Source: Candidatus Woesearchaeota archaeon
GTDB lineage: Archaea; Nanobdellota; Nanobdellia; SCGC-AAA011-G17; UBA489
DNA: 40,539 bases
NCBI GenBank assembly: GCA_964374125.1
Contig: CAYJXL010000003.1
Location: forward strand, 1 to 40,539
Direction of reading: 5' to 3'
The notes under the pieces: generated by a model
Told to the model about the DNA's origin: nothing
The model's input: the letters and a program-made list of their open reading frames with translations, nothing else
The model's database searches: none
Position numbers and translations under genes: made by a program
Shown: piece by piece, positions 15,094 to 22,712 of the stretch
Layout of the letters: the number at the start of each line of letters is the position of its first letter
Numbering within the stretch: position 1 is the stretch's first letter

Positions 15094-15702
15094 ATGACAT
15101 TTCAATGCGCACCATGCAACAAGGAATTCCCGTCTTCTGAGGCATTAAACCAGCACAATAAATCAAAGCATCCTGAATCGTATAAGGAACCGAAGCTGAG
15201 TTCTGGACAAAAGAAAAAGATGAGGACGTGGGTTATTCTTATTGTTGTTCTTGGTCTTGCTGTATGGGGTGTTTATGCGCTATTGCAAAAGGACAAAGAA
15301 GCAGACACTGGATTAACCTTTGAGCCACCGAAGGGAGCTATTCATTGGCATCCAAAACTAAAGATCATTATCGATGGCAAGGTGCAAGTTATTCCAGCAA
15401 ACGTCGGTCTTGGCGCTGTTCATCAGCCGATGCATACTCACGAGGAAGATGCAGCTGAAGGCGTGATCCACATGGAGATCGATCGCCCCACAAAGAAAAA
15501 CGTCATACTAGGTTATTTCTTCGAGGCATGGAAAAAGAAATTCAACAAAGACTGCATCTTTGATTACTGCGCCGACAAAGGAGCGCTGAATATGCTCGCT
15601 AATGGCAAAGAGAGCCTTGACTTTGAAAAATATTACATGCGCGACAAAGACAATATCGTGATTGAGTATATTTCAAATACTGCTCGGGTAAATTCGTCGT
15701 GA
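15094..15702 (+). CDS. Membrane protein with N-terminal C2H2 zinc finger and an extracytoplasmic His-rich domain
   Basis: MTFQCAPCNKEFPSSEALNQHNKSKH (C2H2), one TM helix (WVILIVVLGLAVWGVYALL), then HWHPKLKIIIDG...HQPMHTHEED. The ATG is 26 nt from TATA CTTTATAAC (15064-15072). Confidence 0.6.
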   Translation: MTFQCAPCNKEFPSSEALNQHNKSKHPESYKEPKLSSGQKKKMRTWVILIVVLGLAVWGVYALLQKDKEADTGLTFEPPKGAIHWHPKLKIIIDGKVQVIPANVGLGAVHQPMHTHEEDAAEGVIHMEIDRPTKKNVILGYFFEAWKKKFNKDCIFDYCADKGALNMLANGKESLDFEKYYMRDKDNIVIEYISNTARVNSS

Positions 15703-15733
15703 CGTATTAGAAGAGCTAGGGAGACATCAAAAA

Positions 15734-16318
15734 ATGGCAATGGGTAAAAATAGACTCCTTGAACATTTAACCAAAGAACATGACACGCTGGACTATGTAG
15801 ATTCAATCTACCACAAATTAGAAGGCAATCGTAACGTTCTCACTATCGTGACAAGAAGGGATCCGCAGCGCTGTCCACTGAGTGCACGTGTCTCGGAATT
15901 GTTGCAGTGTTCGAAAACTGTGAAATATGGCATGAAAGCGTTGCCTGTTCTAGATACAGCCAGAAGGGAGTTTGGCGAACGTATCTACGACTGGCAGAGC
16001 GCGACGTTGGAAACAATTCCACCTGCCGCACGACGGAGATGGTTGGAGAAGCCAAATTATGCAGTGGTTGTAGAAACAGCATTATCTTTGGTGGGCGTCA
16101 TCATCAACGACTTTGCATCCGCAAGCTTCACCATGCATCGTAGTCTCTACGACCGAAGATATGACACCCTCCACCTCTTTATCAGGTCAGATCTTCCTAC
16201 TAAGGGATTTTGTGAACGTGGAATGGACATTAAGAAAGAGCTCTTAGATAAATTTGGGTATGACGCCAGTCGCTTTTTGTCGATCTTCAGAGAGGCACGA
16301 ACACCGATAAAACGATAA
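15734..16318 (+). CDS. Hypothetical protein
   Basis: Long ORF with no competing frame. No motif recognised. Confidence 0.5.
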   Translation: MAMGKNRLLEHLTKEHDTLDYVDSIYHKLEGNRNVLTIVTRRDPQRCPLSARVSELLQCSKTVKYGMKALPVLDTARREFGERIYDWQSATLETIPPAARRRWLEKPNYAVVVETALSLVGVIINDFASASFTMHRSLYDRRYDTLHLFIRSDLPTKGFCERGMDIKKELLDKFGYDASRFLSIFREARTPIKR

Positions 16319-16333
16319 GCAAGCAAATAATGT

Positions 16334-16633
16334 ATGGAAAAACTTTTTGTCTATGGGACCTTGCGAGGTCCAGAAGTACAGCAACGCGTCATTGGCAGGG
16401 TTGTCAAAGGCGTTCACGACCGGTTGAGCGGCTTTCGCAAGGCAACAGTTACGATCAACAATGAAACCTATCCAAGTTTGGTTCAGGATCGAGATACTAC
16501 TGAATCAGTTGACGGCTTTGTTCTTTCTTTGCAACTGGATGAGATACGTAAGACAGATGCCTACGAAACAGATGCGTACCGGCGAAGAAAGGTCGTTCTC
16601 GTGAGTGGAACAAAGGCGTGGGTGTATGTGTAA
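16334..16633 (+). CDS. Gamma-glutamylcyclotransferase/AIG2-like protein
   Basis: The N-terminus MEKLFVYGTLRGPEVQQRVIGR is the YGTL signature of the GGACT/AIG2 fold. Confidence 0.7.
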   Translation: MEKLFVYGTLRGPEVQQRVIGRVVKGVHDRLSGFRKATVTINNETYPSLVQDRDTTESVDGFVLSLQLDEIRKTDAYETDAYRRRKVVLVSGTKAWVYV

Positions 16634-16820
16634 ACAACAAAAAAAAGTACATGAAGCAGGCGGGAAGGCAGGCAAACCGCAATAAAACGCTGTTTCAATT
16701 TTAATATCTTGATTTAGTTTCCACTTTGTCACTTTCCTATCTACTGAAGTTAGGGCAACGTTTTTATACTTGAAGAGGAATACCTGCTGGGCATATAAAA
16801 AAGATCGTGATGGATGAGCT

Positions 16821-17735
16821 ATGCAAAACGGTCTAGAGCTTGTTATTGGAATTGGCGACCTGCATGGACATTATCCTGCCTTGGAATCATTGCTTATAGC
16901 CCTGACACTCAAGTACAAAATCTTTCAGAATCGGGAACTGCGCCCTGGAGTCGAGATTGTATTTACTGGCGACTATATTGATCGAGGAGATATGAACCTC
17001 AAGACAATAGAAACAATGAAGATACTTAAAGAGAGAAACTCATCCCGAGTCCATGAGTTGTTTGGCAATCATGAACTCATGGCGCTTGCAGACATGGAAA
17101 CAGCTAAGATGATAGTCCATTATGCAGAACACCAAATGTTAAACGCATATGAGAACCAAAGTATGCACGGATCCAATGGCGGCACAACCTTCGTTAAAGA
17201 ATTCGGAAGTTCGCCGAAAAAAGCATTTGAAGAGTATATCAACCGATTATCAAGAACGGGCGATATCGGTATTTGGATGCGAAGTTTAGAGCCACTGCAC
17301 GTAACAAAAATCAATGGTAAAAAAATCCTCTTCGTTCACGGTGGAGTTCCGGACGAGCTAGCGGGTCCACTGAAGATCCAATCATACTTGCAAGCATTCA
17401 ACGCGCATATAGAAGGAGTGACGAGTCTTGCTGGAGGGCCTCGAGAAAAATTTTTCCATGATGAAAAAGTGGATACGCACAGTATGTTCTGGGACAGAAA
17501 AATCTTATCAATGAACGAAGCAGAAGTAAATAGCCACGCTAACCGTCTCGGTGTTGATTACATTGTCTTCGGGCATACACCGCATACAGAAATCAAGAAT
17601 CTTTTTGGTCGTGCCTTTGATATCGATGTAGGAATGACGCCAGCATACGGAGCAAACGAACCAGCGGCGATTGTTTTCAAGCCAGGAGAAGTAATCGGGT
17701 TTTACGTGCATCAGGGAGAAGTACGCCTTGCTTAA
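16821..17735 (+). CDS. Metallophosphoesterase (PPP/ApaH-like phosphatase)
   Basis: GDLHG, GDYIDRG, GNHE and a later GH motif, in canonical order. Confidence 0.8.
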   Translation: MQNGLELVIGIGDLHGHYPALESLLIALTLKYKIFQNRELRPGVEIVFTGDYIDRGDMNLKTIETMKILKERNSSRVHELFGNHELMALADMETAKMIVHYAEHQMLNAYENQSMHGSNGGTTFVKEFGSSPKKAFEEYINRLSRTGDIGIWMRSLEPLHVTKINGKKILFVHGGVPDELAGPLKIQSYLQAFNAHIEGVTSLAGGPREKFFHDEKVDTHSMFWDRKILSMNEAEVNSHANRLGVDYIVFGHTPHTEIKNLFGRAFDIDVGMTPAYGANEPAAIVFKPGEVIGFYVHQGEVRLA

Positions 17736-17786
17736 GGCAGCACAGTATCCGAAATTGATTCTTTTATCTAAAGAACGATCGCAACC

Positions 17787-17796
17787 CTTATATAAC
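17787..17796 (+). promoter_or_regulatory. TATA box CTTATATAAC for tRNA-Ser
   Basis: Centre is 26 nt upstream of tRNA position 1 (17818). Confidence 0.55.
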
Positions 17797-17817
17797 ATTT
17801 AGACTAATCTGCGTCAA

Positions 17818-17956
17818 GCCGAGGTCGCATAACCTGGTATTGCGCAGGATTGCTAAAGGTTATGTAAACATCCTGTGTCCGCAAGGACGTGTGGGTTCAA
17901 AAGCACTTTCAGAGCCGGTCCAAGACCAGCGGTGACTGATCGTCCCACCCTCGGCG
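17818..17956 (+). tRNA. tRNA-Ser (GCU) with two introns (37/38, 14 nt; T-loop about 59/60, 41 nt)
   Basis: Exons 17818-17855, 17870-17901 and 17943-17956. Acceptor GCCGAGG/CCUCGGC plus G73; D arm GCAU-AACCUGGUA-UUGC; anticodon stem CAGGA/UCCUG with loop UUGCUAA; long variable arm GUCC-GCAA-GGAC; T arm GUGGG-UUCAAA[intron]U-CCCAC. An oligo-T tract follows (17957-17965). Confidence 0.8.
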
Positions 17957-17967
17957 TTCTTTTTCGA

Positions 17968-18762
17968 TTATGGAAGAACGCGCCCAACCGCAGCGATGTA
18001 TTGTTGCACCTTCTGGAGATTAAGGTCATCATCACCGTATGCTTGGCTCCGTTTATCTCGCAACCCGCTTTCAGCATCAATAGAAAAGTCTGATGTTCCT
18101 ATTTTTGCTTTGAGCTCTTCAACACGAGATTCAACATTTTCCCCAGTAAACCCACCAGCAAAGCCGATAGTAGTTTGCGGCATCGCTTCGTGAAGGTTAC
18201 CGTAAAGTGCAACAGCTTCGTTTGTATTGAACGCAAGACCGCTCCCCATTGACGGATCGATGAGCACGTACGTTACATAGTCGCTATAGCAGACAACCTG
18301 CTTTGCAGCATTATCAGCGCTTGTTTTTCCTAGCATAGAGCGAGACACTTGCAGAACAATCTTCATCTTTGGAAAGGTTTCTTTTATTTTCTTCACTTCA
18401 TCAAGTGGAGGCCAAACAACATTCAATTGTAATGCTCGACAAAGATCCTCTTGATAGATACCCTCGAAGAGGCTTCTGATCTGGTCAGCGAGTGTATCAT
18501 GATCGCGAGAATTATAGTGCATCATCGTCAAGGCTTTACCTCGAGCACTCGTAACGAGCGACTCAAGCTGATTCATTTTTGGATACCTTCGATTGGCGAC
18601 CTCTTGGTTTCTAAGTGTCTTTACGGAAACGAGGTAACCAATCATGGGGAGATGAGACGAGTTCATAGAATATTCTGCTCTATCAAAAGCATGAAGAACA
18701 GCTTCAACCTCTGCGTTAGTTGCAACGCCTGTTACGCCGACGTAAGGTTTTGCACGAACCAT
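17968..18762 (-). CDS. TIM-barrel protein resembling phosphoribosylanthranilate isomerase (TrpF-like)
   Basis: VGVTGV near the N-terminus. LIDPSMGSG...IGFAGGFTGENV...SIDAESGLRD parallels the TrpF llD..gGtG...lAGGl.peNV...DvsSGvE blocks. Confidence 0.5.
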   Translation of the reverse strand: MVRAKPYVGVTGVATNAEVEAVLHAFDRAEYSMNSSHLPMIGYLVSVKTLRNQEVANRRYPKMNQLESLVTSARGKALTMMHYNSRDHDTLADQIRSLFEGIYQEDLCRALQLNVVWPPLDEVKKIKETFPKMKIVLQVSRSMLGKTSADNAAKQVVCYSDYVTYVLIDPSMGSGLAFNTNEAVALYGNLHEAMPQTTIGFAGGFTGENVESRVEELKAKIGTSDFSIDAESGLRDKRSQAYGDDDLNLQKVQQYIAAVGRVLP

Positions 18763-18812
18763 TGTTTTGCAATATCCAAAAAGGTTTTAAATGTTTGCGT
18801 ACAGGCAGGCCC

Positions 18813-19097
18813 ATGAAAACAAAAGAAACCACAGAAAAAGAGCTTGCTCTGCTGGAATGCGACATTGAAATCAGCAAATATCAGATATCGCTGGCAATGT
18901 CATTGATCATGCCGTTCTTGCTCTCGTTTGCGTCGGTTGGGATTGCCGCTTCAGACAAGGTGACAAAATACGTGTTTCTTGGGCTCAGCATCTTTCTCTT
19001 TTTCATACTTGCGGGCATTGTCTTTATTGACTCCAAAAGCTTGATCAAGAAATACACACACAAGAAATCGCTGGTTATCAAGAGACTTGGAGAATAA
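18813..19097 (+). CDS. Small membrane protein (two TM helices)
   Basis: ATG at 18813 is about 26 nt from TATA AAAGGTTTTAAATG (18779-18793). The upstream part of the track ORF overlaps the TrpF-like gene. Confidence 0.5.
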   Translation: MKTKETTEKELALLECDIEISKYQISLAMSLIMPFLLSFASVGIAASDKVTKYVFLGLSIFLFFILAGIVFIDSKSLIKKYTHKKSLVIKRLGE

Positions 19098-19131
19098 GGT
19101 TTATATAGGCTTTCGTTGTCTTCTTCTTTCC

Positions 19132-20034
19132 ATGTTTTGGTATCGTCTGGGGGTTGCTTGGGTCTTGCTCTTTTTAGCAGCGAGCAGCGTCTCTGCATTT
19201 GTCGAGCTTTCCATTGATCGAGCTGACTGCATCGGCGCTGGCAGGGTATCTTTGTTAGTTACGAACAGGGGCGATGAAGCGATGGGTGTTGAGAAGGCGC
19301 GTGTTCATGCCAATTACTTTTCGGCGTTTGCGGTAGACGCGGATACTCGAGGAATAAACAAAGATTTTGCTCTCCCTCTTCCGGGAAGCTGGAGCGATGA
19401 TGTGCTCTCTTCATTAGAGGGGCCTGTTGCGTTTACGAGCCAAGACATTTTTACGTATCCAGGCGAATATCGAGTGACTGTGATGTACGAGCGCTGCAAG
19501 CCATCGTATCCTTCCTGCGCCGCAACGGTGAGGGTTTCCTGTCCTGGCGTGAAGGAGTATGGATGCAAGGCGATACCCCTGAAAATTGACCAGTGCAAAA
19601 ATGTGGATGACACGCTGTTTATTACATTCCACAATGTGCAAAAAGGGTTGTTGACTAATGTAAACCCGTACAAAGACATCAAGTATATTTTTTATGGCGA
19701 CCGGTACCACCTTGACAATGAATTGCCGAACACGACAATAACGAAGGTAGGTGATGATACATATCTTCTGGTGATGAACCTTACTAACGGCAACAAGATT
19801 GATCGCGTGAAGCTAGAAAACAGAGTCTGCGGTCATGTTGAATATGCGAACTGCCGGATTGAAGGATCTGGCGTTCCTCGGCTTAATGCTACTGAATCGA
19901 ATGGGACGAATCCGATCCTGCCACTAGCAGAGAAGGAAGAGTCTGTGTTTAGCAAGGAGCTTATCTATCTCGTGGCAATCGTCTTCGTGGTTGTTATTCT
20001 CTTCATTGTTTATCACATCAGGGCGCGGGCATGA
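19132..20034 (+). CDS. Secreted Cys-rich protein with C-terminal membrane anchor
   Basis: Signal peptide MFWYRLGVAWVLLFLAASSVSAF from the ATG at 19132 (TATA GGTTTATATAG at 19098-19108). C-terminal TM LIYLVAIVFVVVILFIVY plus a basic tail. Contains NxT/S sequons. Confidence 0.6.
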   Translation: MFWYRLGVAWVLLFLAASSVSAFVELSIDRADCIGAGRVSLLVTNRGDEAMGVEKARVHANYFSAFAVDADTRGINKDFALPLPGSWSDDVLSSLEGPVAFTSQDIFTYPGEYRVTVMYERCKPSYPSCAATVRVSCPGVKEYGCKAIPLKIDQCKNVDDTLFITFHNVQKGLLTNVNPYKDIKYIFYGDRYHLDNELPNTTITKVGDDTYLLVMNLTNGNKIDRVKLENRVCGHVEYANCRIEGSGVPRLNATESNGTNPILPLAEKEESVFSKELIYLVAIVFVVVILFIVYHIRARA

Positions 20035-20734
20035 CTGAGCTTTTGTACTTGAGGGACAGCTATGCAAGAGAATTTGACGCAATGGTCACTGCGGTCAATG
20101 GCAAAGAGGTCATATTAGACAGGACGTATTTTTATCCAAGCGGTGGCGGGCAGCCTTTTGACACAGGCACGATTTCAACTGGCGGCGCTTTCTATTCTGT
20201 CGTGAATGTTCATAAGGGCGAGCATGGCGTTGTTCATGAACTTGATCATGACGACCCCAAGGTCGGCGATGTTGTCCATGGGGCTATTGATTGGGAGCGG
20301 CGGTACAAACTGATGCGGTTTCATACTGCAATTCACGTCCTTGTTGGCGTTATTTGCAATGAAACTGGCGCGCTGATTACCGGGAACCAGATTGACGTTG
20401 ACAAGAGCCGGATCGACTTCAATCTTGAGATTTTTGATAGGGAAAAGATGCAGGAACACTTTGAGAAGGCGAATGCGATTATCCAGCAGGATTTGCCGGT
20501 AACGGTGACGTTTACGACGAGAGAGGAGGCGTTGCAGATCCCTCGTTGTTCAAGTTGCTGAAGGGGTTTCCTGAGCACATCAAGGATATCAGAATCGTTT
20601 CTCTTGGCGAATTTGACCGGCAGGCAGATGGCGGAACGCACGTGCGATCAACGAGAGAAATCGGGAAGGTTGAGCTTTTAAGCTGCGAGAACAAGGGAAA
20701 GAATAATCGGAGGGTTTATTTTCAATTACTCTAA
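20031..20734 (+). pseudogene. alaX: AlaX-type alanyl-tRNA editing protein, frameshifted
   Basis: Frame 0 carries the HTAIHVL (HxxxH) core and stops at 20561. Frame 2 continues PSLFKLLKGFPEHIKDIRIVSLGEFDRQADGGTHVRSTREIGKVELL... to 20734. The junction is near 20536-20545. ATGA overlap with the upstream gene at 20031. Confidence 0.75.
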
Positions 20735-21406
20735 TCTTTTTTCCAAACCTTCGCCGACAAACTGGTTTCTGCCCCGTTGCTTTGCAATGCGTACTCTTGT
20801 GTCTGCTTTTTCCCTGAGATCAGAAATTTGCGCAAGAGGGTAAAAAGAACCACCAACGCTGATAGTGACGTTTTTATAATCACTCCCTTGCTTATAATGA
20901 ACGCCTGTGAACCTTTTGGCAAGATTCTGAGGTAAGGCGATTTGTTGATTGCGGACAACGTTAACTAGACGTTCGCCGTATCTCTCGAATAAACTAAAAT
21001 CCAGATCTCTTTTGACAACAATAAACTCTTCACCACCCCATCGCCCCATGAAATCACCAGTGCGAGGATCGAGACTGAGCGAAAGCGCAGAGGCGGTATG
21101 TGCCAATGCTATGTCTCCTGCGTCGTGACCATATGCATCATTATAACGCTTGAATTCATCAAAGTCAACGACATAGAAGCTGACTGTGCTGCCAGGTCGT
21201 TGTTTTCTGTTGAGATGTTCCTCGAGATAGCGAACAAGAAAGCGCGGGTTGAAAATTTCAAGATCGGGCACAAATTGACGTATCTTTTGATCATACATCA
21301 CTTCGGCTCGTACAATGTCCGCATTGGCAGGATCTAGAAGCGAAAGTTGCCTCAGTGCTGACAAAGGGTCAGTCTTTCTTCGTTGCGGTATATTCATTAC
21401 TTTCAT
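20726..21406 (-). CDS. GGDEF-domain diguanylate cyclase (stand-alone)
   Basis: DFDEFKRYNDAYGHDAGDIAL, I-site RTGD five residues before the A-site GGEEF, then SVGGS...ADTRVRIAKQRGRNQF. TATA TTATAAATAA (minus strand, 21431-21440). Confidence 0.85.
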   Translation of the reverse strand: MKVMNIPQRRKTDPLSALRQLSLLDPANADIVRAEVMYDQKIRQFVPDLEIFNPRFLVRYLEEHLNRKQRPGSTVSFYVVDFDEFKRYNDAYGHDAGDIALAHTASALSLSLDPRTGDFMGRWGGEEFIVVKRDLDFSLFERYGERLVNVVRNQQIALPQNLAKRFTGVHYKQGSDYKNVTISVGGSFYPLAQISDLREKADTRVRIAKQRGRNQFVGEGLEKRLE

Positions 21407-21481
21407 TTTAACTACTCATCGGTAGATATTTTATTTATAAAGCTTTCGTTTTAACGTGCGGCAAACCTTTTATAATGAGTT

Positions 21482-21979
21482 ATGCGTTGGTGCCTGATGC
21501 TTTCAACTGTCCTTGTCGGTTTTGTTGCACTCACGGGTTTGTTCTTCGGCGTGATCTTGGGACGAATTGCGCCTGAGGAGATCAAGCCTGGAATGCGGTA
21601 CCTTTTGCTCTTTCGCTCTTTGTTATTACTCGTTCTGGTGATTGCGATAGTCTTTCATCTTTCATTGCTTCTGAATGGCGTTATCATCGGCCTTTTCTTT
21701 GCTGGTATGATTACGGCGCTGCTGTTTCCCATACGCTACCTTGCCCTGGGAATTGCGGTTGTTGCATCAGCTTCAATTTTTCCTTCATTTTTAGTTCTTG
21801 CAGCCTCGCTGGTGTTTCTTTACGGCTTGCCGACAGGAACATTGTTTCTGAAGAACCATCGATTCCTATTGCTTTCTGCAGCTCTTTACTTTGCTTCTTT
21901 TGCCCTCTTGTTTGTTGCTACTTCATTGCATCCTTATTTCCTCTCATTCGCTGCAGGATTACTGGTGAGCAAACGATGA
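21482..21979 (+). CDS. Polytopic membrane protein, hypothetical
   Basis: Five or so hydrophobic helices. Stop overlaps the dph5 start (ATGA). The start may be the Met at 21497, about 27 nt from TATA at 21466-21473. Confidence 0.55.
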   Translation: MRWCLMLSTVLVGFVALTGLFFGVILGRIAPEEIKPGMRYLLLFRSLLLLVLVIAIVFHLSLLLNGVIIGLFFAGMITALLFPIRYLALGIAVVASASIFPSFLVLAASLVFLYGLPTGTLFLKNHRFLLLSAALYFASFALLFVATSLHPYFLSFAAGLLVSKR

Positions 21980-22701
21980 CGCTCTATATTGTTGGCATTG
22001 GGCTGTATGACGAGAAAGACATCACCATCCGAGGCTTGGAGATTGTGAAGAAATGCTCCAAGGTGTATCTGGAAACGTACACGTCACGATTGAATTGTTC
22101 TTTGGATTCTTTAGAGCAGATGTATGGAAAAAAAGTTATTCCTGTTGGACGTGACTTTGTTGAGCGCCAGGTACAGAAATTGCTGGATGAAGCAAAGCGT
22201 TACGACGTTGCGTTACTTGTTGCTGGGAGCCCGACAGCTGCAACGACCCACCTCGAGATGTTTTTGGAGGCGAAAAAAAAGAAAGTACCGATACGGTTTG
22301 TTGACAATGCATCGATTCTTACTGCGGTGGGCATTACAGGCTTGTCGTTATATAAATTTGGAAGAATCACGACGATACCTTACCATCAAAAAAACGTGAC
22401 AAGCCCGCTTGACGTCATAAAGCTGAACCAGAAGCATAATCTGCATACGCTGGTGCTCTTGGACATTGAAGGTGATCGGTTGATGACAGTGAACGAGGGA
22501 CTAAAGTACCTTATAGACAACGATCTTTCTCGCGGACAGCTCTGTATCGGATGCGCAGCACTAGGGTCCCCAGAACCTGAAATCAAGGTGGGAAAAGCAA
22601 ATGAGCTCGTTGGTTATTCATTTACAAAATTTCCGCAATGCCTCATTGTTCCAGCAAAGTTGCATTTCAAGGAACAAGAAGTTCTCGATTTATACACGTA
22701 G
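21976..22701 (+). CDS. dph5: Diphthine synthase
   Basis: MTLYIVGIGLYDEKDITIRGLEIVKKCSKVYLETYTS is the characteristic tetrapyrrole-methylase-fold N-terminus of Dph5. The family is specific to archaea and eukaryotes. Confidence 0.9.
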   Translation: MTLYIVGIGLYDEKDITIRGLEIVKKCSKVYLETYTSRLNCSLDSLEQMYGKKVIPVGRDFVERQVQKLLDEAKRYDVALLVAGSPTAATTHLEMFLEAKKKKVPIRFVDNASILTAVGITGLSLYKFGRITTIPYHQKNVTSPLDVIKLNQKHNLHTLVLLDIEGDRLMTVNEGLKYLIDNDLSRGQLCIGCAALGSPEPEIKVGKANELVGYSFTKFPQCLIVPAKLHFKEQEVLDLYT

Positions 22702-22712
22702 CTGTCGGAATA

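Noticed and set aside
17853-18093. 75-aa (minus) and 72-aa (plus) ORFs
   Set aside because: They overlap the tRNA-Ser gene and the 3' end of the TrpF-like gene, and their composition looks random. The tRNA explains the sequence better.
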